From assembly GCA_951406725.2 (NCBI GenBank), contig OX597821.1:95604001-95668000 (forward strand): a DNA stretch of 64,000 nucleotides. The letters run 5' to 3'. The notes beneath the pieces are model-generated. The model saw only the letters and a list, made by a program, of their open reading frames with translations. It was not told where the DNA came from and did no database searches. The position numbers and the translations under genes were made by a program. This document shows, piece by piece, positions 1-12,346 of this stretch (the first letter of the stretch is position 1; every line of letters begins with the position of its first letter). The DNA is from Octopus vulgaris. Its lineage: Eukaryota.

Positions 1-1559
1 TTTTCCGCACTAGCACAGGTTGGACGGTTCGACCGGGGTCTGGGAAGCCAGGGGCAGCACCAGGCTCCAGTCTGATCTGGCAATGTTTCTACGGCTGGAT
101 GCCTTTCCTAACGCCAACCACTCCGCGAGTGTAGTGGCTGCTTTTTACGTGCCATATATACACACACACACGTATACCTTTATTAGTTCATAGTCAAATA
201 TAAACCTATAATGACACAGTGGTGATATGGTAAGAATGAAACAAGTGCATCTATGACAAAACAACTTGCATTTACACACACATAGATAAAAAGCAGACTA
301 CAAACACACACACACACACACAAGTTAATTAACATCACGACACACAGACACAGAACATTCGCATTTTCCTGTGTAAAGAAACATTTCCACTTTGAGAGAA
401 GTAAAATGTGACTAGTACCATTATTACCCATCTCCTTCAGTAAACCAGATAGCAGTTTGGTGTAAAGTAGATCGATAACAAACAGGGAGTGTCAACAGTG
501 TTGTCACCTTTACTGGACTGATATTTATTTTATTGGTTTGAAGAGACTAAAAGAATAAATTCAAAACTATGATAGAATTTGTACTTGGAGTGCAAGACAT
601 TTTATTCAGGCATGACTATGTGGTAAGAATCTTGATTCCCAACCAAACGATTCTAGGTTCAGTCCCACTATACTGGACCTTGGGTAAGTGTTTTTTTATT
701 ACAGCCTTGGGCCAACCAAAGCCTTGTGAGTGGATCTGGTAGACAGAAACTGAAAAAAGCCCACCATGTGTGTGTGTGTGTCCGTGTCCATCATCACTTG
801 ATAACCAGTGTTGGTATGTTTATGTCCCTCGTAATTTAGCAGTTCAGTAAAAGAGACCAACAAAATAAGTACCAGGCTTAAAACAAAATAAGTCCTGGGC
901 TTGATTTGTTCAACTAAAATTCAAGGTGGTGCCCTAGCATGACCCCAGTCTAATGATTGAAATAAGTGAAAGAAAAAAAAAGAAAAGAAAAATACTCTAC
1001 TGCAGTCATGGGCAACCTGTAACCCATTAATATCAATGACATATTTTTCATACCTAAAGAAAAATATATCATTGATATTAATTTTGTCAAATCCCGCGAG
1101 GATGAAAGGTAAAACTGATCTCAAAAGGATTTGTACTCAATAAATAAAGGGACATAAAGGCTGCAAAGTATTGTTCTTTTAACTCATATCTCCTAGTATT
1201 GTAACAAAGATGTGACAGCTCAAAGCCATAAATTGTCCGTGGCGGGGTATGGATTATCTTGACTAAGTAATTGAATGGTACGCATTTTATCAGATCCAGG
1301 TGAGATTTGAACTCAGAACAACAAAATATAATTAGACATCACTTTATCAAATACTATACATATATTGTCAATTCATCATCATCGTTTAGCATCCGCTTTC
1401 CATGCTAGCATGGGTTGGACGATTCAACTGGGGTCTGGGAAGCCAGAAGGCTGCACCAGGCCCAGTCTGATCTGGCAGTGTTTCTACGGCTGGATGCCCT
1501 TCCTAACGCCAACCACTCCGTGAGTGTAGTGGGTGCTTTTTACGTGCCACCGGCACAGT

Positions 1560-1990
1560 AATAATAATTTACTAATAATAATTCTTTATTGCTGCCAAAA
1601 AGATGATGACTAAAAGAACATTACAGGGACAGGTTACAGCAAGTGTGGTGACTTACCCTGAAACTAAATGAAATAAAATGAAGGGTGGTGGTATAGAATG
1701 GACTGCATACATAAGGTACTAGAGTAATGTTCCAAGAGAAAAACCACTGAGTAAATCAAAGAAACATTGCAGCTCTTGGATTATCCTGACTACCAAGAAT
1801 AAGTTCCATTCTCCCCAATGTCATTCTACAGTGCACAGAAACATGCTAGCTACCCTCTTCCACCTTTCATAAAATTTACTGGAGGGCAGTAGATCCCCCT
1901 CCACCTTCTTCAAGTGGAACTTGAAAAAAAGAAAAATCAATGTGAAACTGGCCAAAGAGAAAAGTGCTTGTATTTAGTCCTTTCAGTTAT
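1560..1990 (-). mobile_element. 3' end of an L1/Tx1-like LINE remnant
   Basis: Minus-strand FHLKKVEGDLLPSSKFYERWKRVASMF* resembles the F..RW C-terminus of Tx1-type ORF2; followed by AATAAA and a (TTA)n-like tail. Confidence 0.45.
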
Positions 1991-2688
1991 TTCCACTCTG
2001 CACAACTTCACTCACTATTGTCACCAGACAGAACTGTTTGTCCTACCTCCTAGTCAAAAGAATAGTGACAGGTTGATCATCATCATGAACTTTGCTAACA
2101 ACTGGAATTATCCTACATTATATATATATATATATAGAAAAGACAACAGCTGTTTGATGAAAATTCACAAATCCGCAATTATGACAATTTTCAAAAGAAC
2201 ATTGAAATAAAAATAATGACAGTTTGGTTTATGTTAAATATAACAAAAATACCCCACCTCTTTACCTTGCTTTTCTAATACCACACGTGGCTACTCAAAG
2301 ATTTTATTTTGACCAAGTGAGTGTGCATATAATAAACCAAACAGAAAAAGTTGATGATCACCTTGAATGTATGAGTATATATGTATTTAACATCTGTTTT
2401 TCAAACTGGCATATGTATACATATACACACACAGAAGACATTTTCTGTACCTAAGTATGTTTTAGACATATACAAATTGTTAGGGAAGGTTGGATGAAAT
2501 CTAGAATTTACCTAAGGTTTTTGGTAACTACATATGTCTATTGAAATAATTGCACAATTTCAAACTAATTTCTGGTCAGAGTTAATTCCATTCATAACCA
2601 GGATGCTAACAACAGTATAGAATGAGCCTGCATATTTCTTCAGGATAGTGGTGTGTATATATGTGTGTGTGTGTGTGTCTTAAATGTA

Positions 2689-3762
2689 CCATAAAAACCC
2701 ATGTAATTTATGCATATTTTTTTACAAAAATAAAAATAAACTTTAGTGGGTGCATAAATTATACAAGTAGAGTGTTTTCAGAATTTGTTACGAAATTTTT
2801 GTTGTTGAAAAAATTTGTACAAAATGTAAACATTTGTACTGGAAGTTGACTCATTTAATGTCAGAATAGGGTTTTACAGAAAAAATTATGGCTTAAATAT
2901 GCATAATGAAGTTGACTTTTATATATGCTGGACAGTATAATGTTTACTTTTTCTGTATAAATTTACCAAAACCATTGAATGGTTAACTAGCTTTTGAAGT
3001 CTGATGTTCATGCTAGTAAACATGGTCCAGGCCATATTTTACACTGTTTGGAGTTTCTACTTATCACAATGGAGCACATATTTAATTTCTCCTTCGCAGC
3101 AAATGATTCATAAGTTCTGTCCATACTGACAATAATGGTAATGACAAATTTTTATGTTTGCTTGACATTTTATAAGTGTGAAAGGGATTAAAATTTTTCG
3201 ATACTCCATATCAAAGGTTCCGACAAGAATAGGCGGAAAAGAATTCTGTTTACATAATCAGTTTGATTGGTCACCTTCCTCTGTTGGTTGAGTAAAGAGT
3301 CAGCCAAGCAGATATTTATTGGTAATTAAACTTAATTTGCAACACCTGTGCGTATTTATCAGCTTTGTTTTTGTTGGTAATTCTTAACAACTTTCCTGTG
3401 ATTGTGATTTTAGAAGACACAGCAGTATGCTAAAGATCAGACATAATCCCTTGAGGGCAAGAAATGTAAAATAAAGTTTATTATAAACAACACAAACACT
3501 TTGTAATCTAATAGCTTTCAATGTGATATCTGTTAATCAAATTATTTTTATTTAATGAAAATTTTTATTTAATGAAAAAGTGAAATTATACTAAATACAA
3601 CTAGGTCGTAAACCTTTTTCCCCTAGCTATATCGGTGATTCTGAAAACTTTTAGGTGCAAATTTTACAAAAGTAGAAGCTGCTTTATTTTTTTTAACAAG
3701 TCTTATCCTGAAAATCAGCTGTGTAAATTACAGAGATGTGCAAATTACATGTGTTTTTATGG
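2689..3762. mobile_element. Non-autonomous pogo/Tc2-like DNA transposon
   Basis: TIRs TA|CCATAAAAACCCATGTAATTT ... AAATTACATGTGTTTTTATGG|TA with TA duplication; no intact ORF. Confidence 0.8.
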
Positions 3763-4065
3763 TATACATAGTACTTTGGTATAGTAAATACAAATTTTTA
3801 TTGTATTGAGGTGTTATATATATAAGTACATTTGGTAAACAGAAGAAAGAATCAACATGTAAAAGAATCTAATCTATATAATCCATAGTAAGTGGCAACT
3901 GCTACAGGAATGATTCAAGGGCCTAAAGTTCCATGCCAAAGCATTTACCCAAATTTGGTACATGTTAAGATAACTTAAAAGTTTGATAAGTGACTTAGCA
4001 TGATAATTCTTGGGCTTTGAGTAACTTCTGTAGTTAATAATATATATATAACCAGTATGATCATA

Positions 4066-4105
4066 ACTGTGTCTGACGAATGGTAATGTGAAACTGAGTA
4101 ACAGT
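4066..4105 (+). ncRNA. Minimal type I hammerhead ribozyme-like motif in a Penelope-like remnant
   Basis: ACTGT-gt-CTGACGA-atggtaatgt-GAAAC-tga-GTA-ACAGT: intact CUGANGA and GAAA cores, stem I ACTGT/ACAGT, GUA cleavage triplet, weak stem II. Confidence 0.6.
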
Positions 4106-6479
4106 CTATGAAAACTTTTTCCACTTTAATAAAAAGCATATTATTCTACCTTTGGTATATCCCATTTTTTCCACCTTGTTTGCATTTATGTGTTTACTTG
4201 TGCGTGTGTATAATTCGTTTGAAAATAAAAATTAATTAAAAGAAAAATATTGGTTTCGAACCTAGGTACATGGACACAAATTATGAAGTGGGGATTACAA
4301 ATGACCATATCAATCCTACCCACCAAAGACCTTTACTACTAATTTTATAAAATTTAGAAAGACAAGAAGCAAAGGCTACCAGAGTGGATTTTGAACTCAG
4401 AAAACACACATTGACTTTGCTTCCCAACTTTCTATGGCCAATAAAATATCTGATAGATACTGAGGAAAAAATATCTAAATGAATTTACATTGGTTAATCA
4501 TGAAATAACACAAGACATTGTTTAGTTCCAGTTTCTGTAGAACTAAACTAATGAGAGACACACATCCACCCGGATAGGACACCAGGCTTCAATAGTAAAG
4601 CATCTTAACATTTTACAAAAGGAACATACAAGACAATGTAATCATCCAATATATATATATAAAAAGAGAGGTTGGTCATGGCTAGAAAGCCTTTGAACTA
4701 AAGGCATGCTCAGAGCTGACTTGGGGCTGTCTACAACAATCCCCAGTAAAATCAGGTACTTATTTACCTGCTAGAGTTTTCGTAAGTTAGCAGCTAAGAC
4801 CTTAACAATTTCCCTGTTCTGTGAATCACATATGATACATAGGACATATTTCCTGTGCATCCAAGCATCACAAATGAGGAACATCCCCAATTTTCTTCAA
4901 TACCAGAGTAACTTGGGACTTATGAAAATAAAGTTTTATACTACTCAATGTATGAAACTAAACTAAAAACAACATATGAAACTGAAAGTCCAAAAAGAAG
5001 CGTGGACGTTCAGAAGAAACTTTTGAAAATGCTTTGGACAGGCAAAGCATAAATAAACACAATTATCTTGGACTCTCAGTTCTTGATGGAGCTGTAGATG
5101 TTATAATGATATACAACACATCTTGGGTAATTTGAAATCTTGTGGAGCTCATCCCTCTCCAGGTCTGAACAGTTGATTTCTTCCAGAAAAACAGACACAG
5201 AGAGGAGAATTGACTTCAGTATAGGACTAGTATTTTATTTATCAATCCAGAAAGGATGAAAGAGGGTAAAGTTAACTTCAGTGCTATTTGAACATAGAAT
5301 GCAGAGAGGTCGAATTATATACTACAAGGTAATCTATTTGACAATCTGGCAACACAGCCAATTTGGTACCATAAATACACAGAATATGTCATCATAAGTA
5401 GCTATTTGATAGAGATAAAAAACAACAACAGTGAGCTTGTTGCGCTTTATCTGATCTAAATTGCTACTTATGTCTAATGTCATTCAACAATATCTTATTT
5501 AACACACAACTTCAAACAAACACACTACACTAAACTACTCTCCTATATATATATATATATTAATTTATTTATTTATTTAGAAAATCAACAGTTTTATTTA
5601 TCAACAGACACTTTTAAACACAAACACACATACATAAGAATAAATAAGCATTCATGTGTTTCCAAATGAGTAAATCCAACTCAAAATATACACACAGAGT
5701 ATGAATGAATGTCTCCAAATATTCGCATATACATGACATCGTAACAAGCAAGGACATGAAGTACACACACCCATGAAGTATAAACATTTCCAAACTAGTA
5801 TCAACAGTACGGACTAAAACTACATACGCACAAGCATGTCCACACAAACACACATCAACATGCATAAAAAATACCCTCCCCCCACACACACACACATACA
5901 AATACACCCAAGCAAAAGTTTGGGGAACCAGGTTAAACCTAATAAGTAGTAGGCACCTAGTGTGACTTTTAACAAAGTTCAGTTGATAAGGTACTGCCAT
6001 CACTACCACCACGTGATGATAACAGTTGGACCTTGACCAGTGGACTCATAAGGAGCCTTGAGAAACAATACACATAGAAATACATAAAATATAAATAGAA
6101 CAGAATCTTATCTTTGTGAAAATGATGGCAGTAAGTGAACAGATCAAGTAAATTAAACATTAAGCAGAATGCAGTTGTGTTCACTGTACCATCACCTTTA
6201 CTTGTATCCTTGCATCATATGAGGCGTTTAGTAACAGACCATCATAAGCACCATAACTTAAAAACCAAGAAAAATGCGGTCAAAGTTTTGCGACTTTCAG
6301 AATGTAATATCTCGGAAAGGAATGAAGTTAGGAGGCTGGTTTTGGTTTTAAAATGGCCATGAAGACCTCCTCTAATCATTCCACCTATGCAAAATTATTT
6401 ATTTAGGTATGCATCTGAAAAATGAAACAATGACTGTCTTTCTCATTTTGTGTGGAACCTCCACACCCCACAGGTTCCC

Positions 6480-7195
6480 TCAACCGCTAGGGTGTGGTGG
6501 TTGAGGGAACCTGTGGAAGAGGCAGACCCAGGAAAACCTGGGATGAGGTGGTGAAGCACAACCTTCGAACTTTAGGTCTCACTGAGGAAACGACTAGAGA
6601 CCGAGACCTTTGGAAGTATGCTGTGCGTGAGAAGACCCGGCAGGACAAGTGAGACCATAACCCATGGCCTCTACACGGGATGTAGCCAGTCCACTTATGC
6701 ATACCTTTCCTTCTTGGGACACAAAACTCTAATTGTGAAGACCTGTTGAGGCAAGTGAGAATCAAAATCGATCAACATCAATGGAAATTGCAGCTGTGAT
6801 ACCAGTGCCGGTGGCATGTAAGAGAACCATCCGAATGTGGCCGTTGCCAGCGCCGCCCCGACTGGCCTCGTGCCGGTGGCACGTAAAAAGCACCATCCGT
6901 TCGTGGCCGTAGCACCATCTGTTCGTGGTCGTTGCCAGCCTCGCCTGGCCCCTGTGCCGGTGGCATGTAAAAAGCACCATCCGATCATGGCCGTTTGCCA
7001 GACTCGTCTGGCACGTAAAAAGCATCCACTACACTCATGGAATGGTTAGCGTTAGGAAGGGCATCCAGCCGTAGAAACATTGCCAGATCAGACTGGGCCT
7101 GGTGCAGCCTTCTGGCTTCCCAGACCCCAGTTGAACCGTCCAACCCATGCTAGCATGGAAAGCGGACGCTAAACGATGATAATGATGATGATGAT
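6480..7195 (+). mobile_element. 3' end of RTE-clade LINE with (GAT)n tail
   Basis: C-terminal GTCGRGRPRKTWDEVVKH motif, then 3' UTR ending AAACGATGATAATGATG. The same 3' UTR recurs at approximately 1-153, 1374-1558, 15105-15645, 22665-22767, 34694-34850, 36975-37180, 37632-37932, 41330-41535, 49338-49920, 50160-50508, 55105-55370, 56268-56630 and 59280-59440. Confidence 0.85.
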
Positions 7196-8040
7196 ACTGG
7201 TATTACGAAACGATGTATCTGTAATATGTAATGCGATACATTGTATTGCATTACATATTTGAGCCATAATACCTAGCAAAAACATAGAGACCCCACCAAA
7301 AGTATTGTGTTTTAATATACCAAGATAAGTATCTTTAAGAGGTAAGTAAGACAAGATAGTAAGATAATAGCCTGTTATTGTTATGATGGTAACGAAGAAT
7401 ATTAAAAAATGAGCCATAACACCTCAAAAACAATACAGGGACTACACCAAAACTATTGATTGTGTGTGCTTACAATGGTGTATTCCTAAACTCTCTGGAT
7501 TGCGTTTGGATGAGTGAGCATCGTGTCAATAGTGTCAAGATACAATATTTTTCTGCCAGATTTTCAACCTTATTGCAAGCCTCACTGGGTTTTCCCATCC
7601 TTTTTTGGATTCAAGACATCAAGACAAAGAAAATGATATACTAATGTAAAGGGAACTGGTTGCTTCTTTACACTTTTGGGGTGCAACACAATTTCCTTTC
7701 TTTTTGTTTCTAGAAACTACCAGTCAGGAACGAAACGCAAGTTTAAAAATATATATAATTCTTTATTTTCTTGGTTCAACAATGAAACACAATGGTATGC
7801 TGGTATCCACCTAGTTCAACGCCGCAAGGCTGAATTCAAACGTTTGTAAGCTTTACAACAATTCAGCAGCAACAGAACAGGTCAAATCCTAAGTGTCTGG
7901 GACAGAATACACGTCCTTTCTCTTCTATCGCCGTGTCTCAAGTCCCCGACGCTATTAAGGAACGCTATAGAATTTATTCTTCAGTCTCTAGCGCATGTGC
8001 ATGAGGGAACTTCTTTATGCCTTTCCAGAAGGTTCCAACT

Positions 8041-8203
8041 CCGCACACGCACACTGAAGAAGGACGTTCCGCACACGCACACTGAAGAATGACGTTGCAT
8101 GTGCGCACATTGGAATATGACGTCACTACAAAGGTGACGTTCTGCACACGCACACTGAAGAGTGACGTTACGTGTGCGCACACTGGAATATGACGTCACT
8201 ACA
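8041..8203. repeat. 28-bp tandem repeat with 73-bp higher-order unit
   Basis: Units such as CCGCACACGCACACTGAAGAATGACGTT, ending in (T/G)GACGT(T/C); 8069-8130 is repeated at 8142-8203. Confidence 0.85.
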
Positions 8204-8344
8204 CTAACCTCGAAAATGGCGGGGTTGGCACTTGTGACACACTGTTACTAAATGCCTCATATGTACTATTTAGTAATTGATTATATTTCTGTGGTTATAA
8301 ACTAGACTAGTAGGGAAATGTTAGCTACAGGCTGAATACAGTGG

Positions 8345-8778
8345 ATGTCAGCTGTAGACTGGACACAGCAAACAACATTAGTTGTATGCTAGATACAGAG
8401 AACATTAGCAGTAGACTGGGACACAGTGGACAATGTCAACTATAAGCTGGACACGGTGAATAATGTCAGCTGTAGGCTGGACACGGTGAACAATGTCAGC
8501 TGTAGGCTGGACACGATGAACAATGTCAGCTGTAGGCTGGACACGGTGAACAATGTTAGCTGTAGGCTGGACATGATGAACAATGTCAGCCGTAGGCTGG
8601 ACACGGTGAACAATGTCAGCCGTAGGCTGGACACGATGAACGATGTCAGCTGCAGGGTGGACACGGTGAACAATGTCAGCTGCAGGCTGGACACGGTGAA
8701 CAATGTCAGCTGTAGGTTTTACACAGTGAACAATGTCAGCTGTGGACTGGACATGGTGAACCAATGTCAGCTGTAAGT
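8345..8778. repeat. 30-bp minisatellite, ~14 copies
   Basis: Unit TGTAGGCTGGACACGGTGAACAATGTCAGC; degenerate copies continue towards ~9100. Confidence 0.95.
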
Positions 8779-9344
8779 TTGTCGCTGCAAACAAAGCCAA
8801 ATATAAGTAACAGAGTGAACAGCTGTAAACTAATCACAATGAAGCACTAATGACAATGCATTTGGCAGTGCAGAATGAACCAAACACAACTGTAATACAG
8901 ACACTAACAGTAAACAAGCAGCAGCTGTACAGCAATTAACATAAGCGATGAACAAATAAGTGTTTGTTAACTACACATTGTAATAAACTAACACATAGAC
9001 ACTGCAATAGATGAGCAATGAACAGAATAGCACAGCACAAGATTTGATATTGTGAACAACAGCTGTAAACCAACCAGTGCAAACCATCAACAGCTGGAAA
9101 CCGTCAACAGACTTGAAAAGTAAAAGGGACAATCAGTAGGCTTTACAAGAAACTCCTGAATGTAAGAGTGTTGAATCACTCATCTATACCCACTCCGCTA
9201 GCAATAATATCTTCAAGGATATTAAGAAAGCTCTTCCAGAGTTACAGAAAGAGGAAAAGAATAAGAATGCCTCACCCTCCTACAGAAACTCATATGAAGC
9301 CCATCTTCCCATCTTTTTAAAAATCATGTGTTCGCTAATGGGGT

Positions 9345-9845
9345 TAGTGATGATGATGTTGATGGAAATGGTGGTGGTAGTGGTGATGGTTAATGATGAT
9401 GATGATGATGAGAGGGGTGGTGGTGATGGTTGAGGGGCAGAGGTAGAGTGGTGACTGCATAGCTGGTGGTGATAGTTGAGGCTGGTGATGACAATGATGG
9501 CAAGAAATGATTACAGTGATAAGTGATGACAGCAATGATAAGCAATGATGGCAATAAGCGATGACAGTGATGATAAGGAAAGATGGCAATAAGCTAAGAC
9601 GGCGATGATAAGCGAAGATGGTGATGATAAGCGAAGATGGCGATGATAAGCGATGACAATGATGATAAGAGATGATGGCAATAAAAGATGACAGTGATAA
9701 GAGATGGTGGCGATAAGAGATGATGATGATAACTGACAATAGCTATAACAGTAATGATGGTGACGATGATGGTGGGAAGTGGTAGCATCAATGATGGTGA
9801 TAACGACAATGATGATCATAGTGGTGGTGGTGGTGGTGATGTAAG
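9345..9845. repeat. GAT/GGT-rich degenerate 16-19 bp tandem array
   Basis: Repeated GATGGCGATGATAAGCGA-like units within (GAT)/(GGT) microsatellite. Confidence 0.8.
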
Positions 9846-10005
9846 CAGTAGTGCCAGTGGTGTGTTTGTGTGTGAGTTATCAAATATGGACAGTGAAGAG
9901 ATTCAATAAAAGTGCTGTAGAAGCTGTGGTTACATAAGGAAAAGGAAGAGCGGAAAAACTTGAGGAGGAATAAACTGTTTGTGGTAGCCAACTGTCGTGT
10001 CGTGA

Positions 10006-10053
<48 letters not shown>

Positions 10054-11019
10054 TGAAAGTGTGAAAGACAGAATCTATGTTAGAACAACTGTTTGTCTGG
10101 CAGCTTGTTGTCATGACTAGATGTAGAAGTTATTGAAGGATCAGAGAGAGAGAGAGAGAAAGAGAGAGGTTATAAGTGTAAAATGTAAGCAGAGTATGCA
10201 TATATATGAGAAACTGCTCACATGCATGCAGGTACATATGTGTGTGTGTGTGAGAGTGCATGTATCTGCAAGAGAGAGAGAGTGCACAAGGGGTGAGAGT
10301 GAATAAGGGACTCACATAGAGAGTGCACGAGAGGAAGAGTGCAAGTGCCCATACGTGCAAAATGTTTATAGGTGTGTCAGGAAACGAAAATATAAAGATA
10401 AAGGAGAGAGAGTTCGAGTAAAAGAAGAGAGAGAGACATTGAATAGGAAAGTGATTGTGTGTGTGTGTGTGTGTACCGAGCAGGTGTATATATGCATATA
10501 TACAAGCAGCTGTGTGTATGAGGAATTATGTATATATGAGAACTGAGAGGAGGCTAGTGAGAAAAAGAGGAAATATGTATAGATGAGATAGGGAAGAGGG
10601 AGTGTATATATGTATATATGCAAGAAAGAGAGAGTAAGTGAGAGAGTGTGGTGTATGAATGAAAGATGAAGACCCGAAGAATTTGCGTAAGTGTGCATAG
10701 CTGTCATCATGACCGTGTTTAAGGTACGTAGCTTGTTAAACAAGGGATAATGGGAGTATGTTTAAGGAGCAAGACAACACCAGATGGTTCACATCTTGGT
10801 TGGGAAATATGCCCATCTTATGTGAACAAGGTACATAACTCTGCTAGCAAGTATTTCCTTGACTGAGCGAAAGTAAATTCCATTCTTGCCTTTGTGGTTG
10901 AGTGGTGAGCTGGAGGACAAAGGCAACCAACCAACACAAATAACCATTACACTCAAGCAAGCATGGAAAAAAAAATGTTAAATAGTAATAAACATTTTAT
11001 ATACATATATATATATATA

Positions 11020-11432
11020 CTCTTTTTATTCTTTACTCTTTTACTTGTTTCAGTCATTTGACTGTGGCCATGCTGGAGCACCGCCTTTAGTCGAGCAAAT
11101 CGACCCAGGGACTTATTCTTTGTAAGCCCAGTACTTATTCTATTGGTCTCTTTTGCCGAACCGTTAAGTGACAGGGACATAAACACACCAGCATCGGTTG
11201 TCAGGCGATGTTGGGGGACACACAGACACACAAACATATACACACACACAAATATACATATACATATATACGACAAGCTTCTTTCAGTTTCCGTCTACCA
11301 AATCCACTCACAAGGCTTTGGTCGGCCCGAAGCTATAGTAGAAGACACTTGCCCAAGGTGCCACGCAGTGAGACTGAACCCAGAACCATGTGGTTGGTAA
11401 GCAAGCTACTTACCACACAGCCACTCCTACGC
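11020..11432 (-). mobile_element. tRNA-derived SINE with CORE-like domain (family B)
   Basis: Reverse complement of the copy at 31573. Other minus copies at ~15825-16200, 16530-16940, 28552-28840, 45640-46040, 46735-47180 and 53502-53842. Confidence 0.85.
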
Positions 11433-11445
11433 CTATATGATGATC

Positions 11446-11476
<31 letters not shown>

Positions 11477-11667
11477 TATATACACACACACGCATACAAA
11501 TATACATACATATACACACTCTGTAAAGTGGTTGGTGTAAAGAACGCTGTTCAGGCATAATAACCATGCTAAAACAGACATTAGACCAAAACTTGGCCCT
11601 CTTACCCATTAGATTCTGTCTAAACATCCAATCCATGCCAACATGGAAAATGGGATGTGAAAAATAC

Positions 11668-11722
<55 letters not shown>

Positions 11723-11996
11723 TGATCAATAAGTATCCAGACTGGAACTATAAAAACAAAACTATACATATCATCATTATCATTTAACATACACTTTTCC
11801 ATGCTTGTATGAGTCAAACGGAATTCATTGAGGTAAATTTTGCTATGGTTGGATGCCTTTCCTGTTGTAAACCTTCACCTGTTTTCAACTAAATAATATT
11901 TCTCATGGCCAGACAATTTTTTTTTTCTTTTTCATGGAAGACTGGAAACGAAAAATATCACTTGTATGATGATGATACAAGGACAAGGACACACAC

Positions 11997-12041
<45 letters not shown>

Positions 12042-12112
12042 TAAAAACGGTAAGATAAAAGAAAGAAAGAGACCTCAATATTATGTAAATAGAGGAAATT
12101 TATCTATAAAGT

Positions 12113-12280
12113 AATATGTTACAATTACTCAATAGTCAAGATAACACTCTGAGTTTCGGATGCCGAAGTAGAAATCCACAACACCATCTCTTCGGTTATC
12201 TGGCCATCTGAAAAAACCGAAGAGATGGTGTTGTGGATTTCCACTTCGGCATCTGAAACTCAGAGTAATTGTAACATATT
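12113..12280. repeat. Long inverted repeat containing a hammerhead-like core (Penelope-like inverted terminus)
   Basis: 52-bp arms 12146-12197 and 12215-12266 with 2 mismatches and a 17-nt loop; 12113-12130 is also complementary to 12263-12280; (TA)n on both sides. Confidence 0.9.
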
Positions 12281-12286
12281 TTACAT

Positions 12287-12345
<59 letters not shown>

Positions 12346-12346
<1 letters not shown>

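Noticed and set aside
1651-1680. Adjacent acceptor/donor (tttcag-G-gtaagt) on minus suggesting a recursive splice site or microexon
   Set aside because: Lies in a probable LINE 3' UTR and is not an exact AG|GT junction.
8041-8778. Regular arrays superficially like CRISPR
   Set aside because: Head-to-tail tandem units without unique spacers, no cas genes, eukaryotic context.
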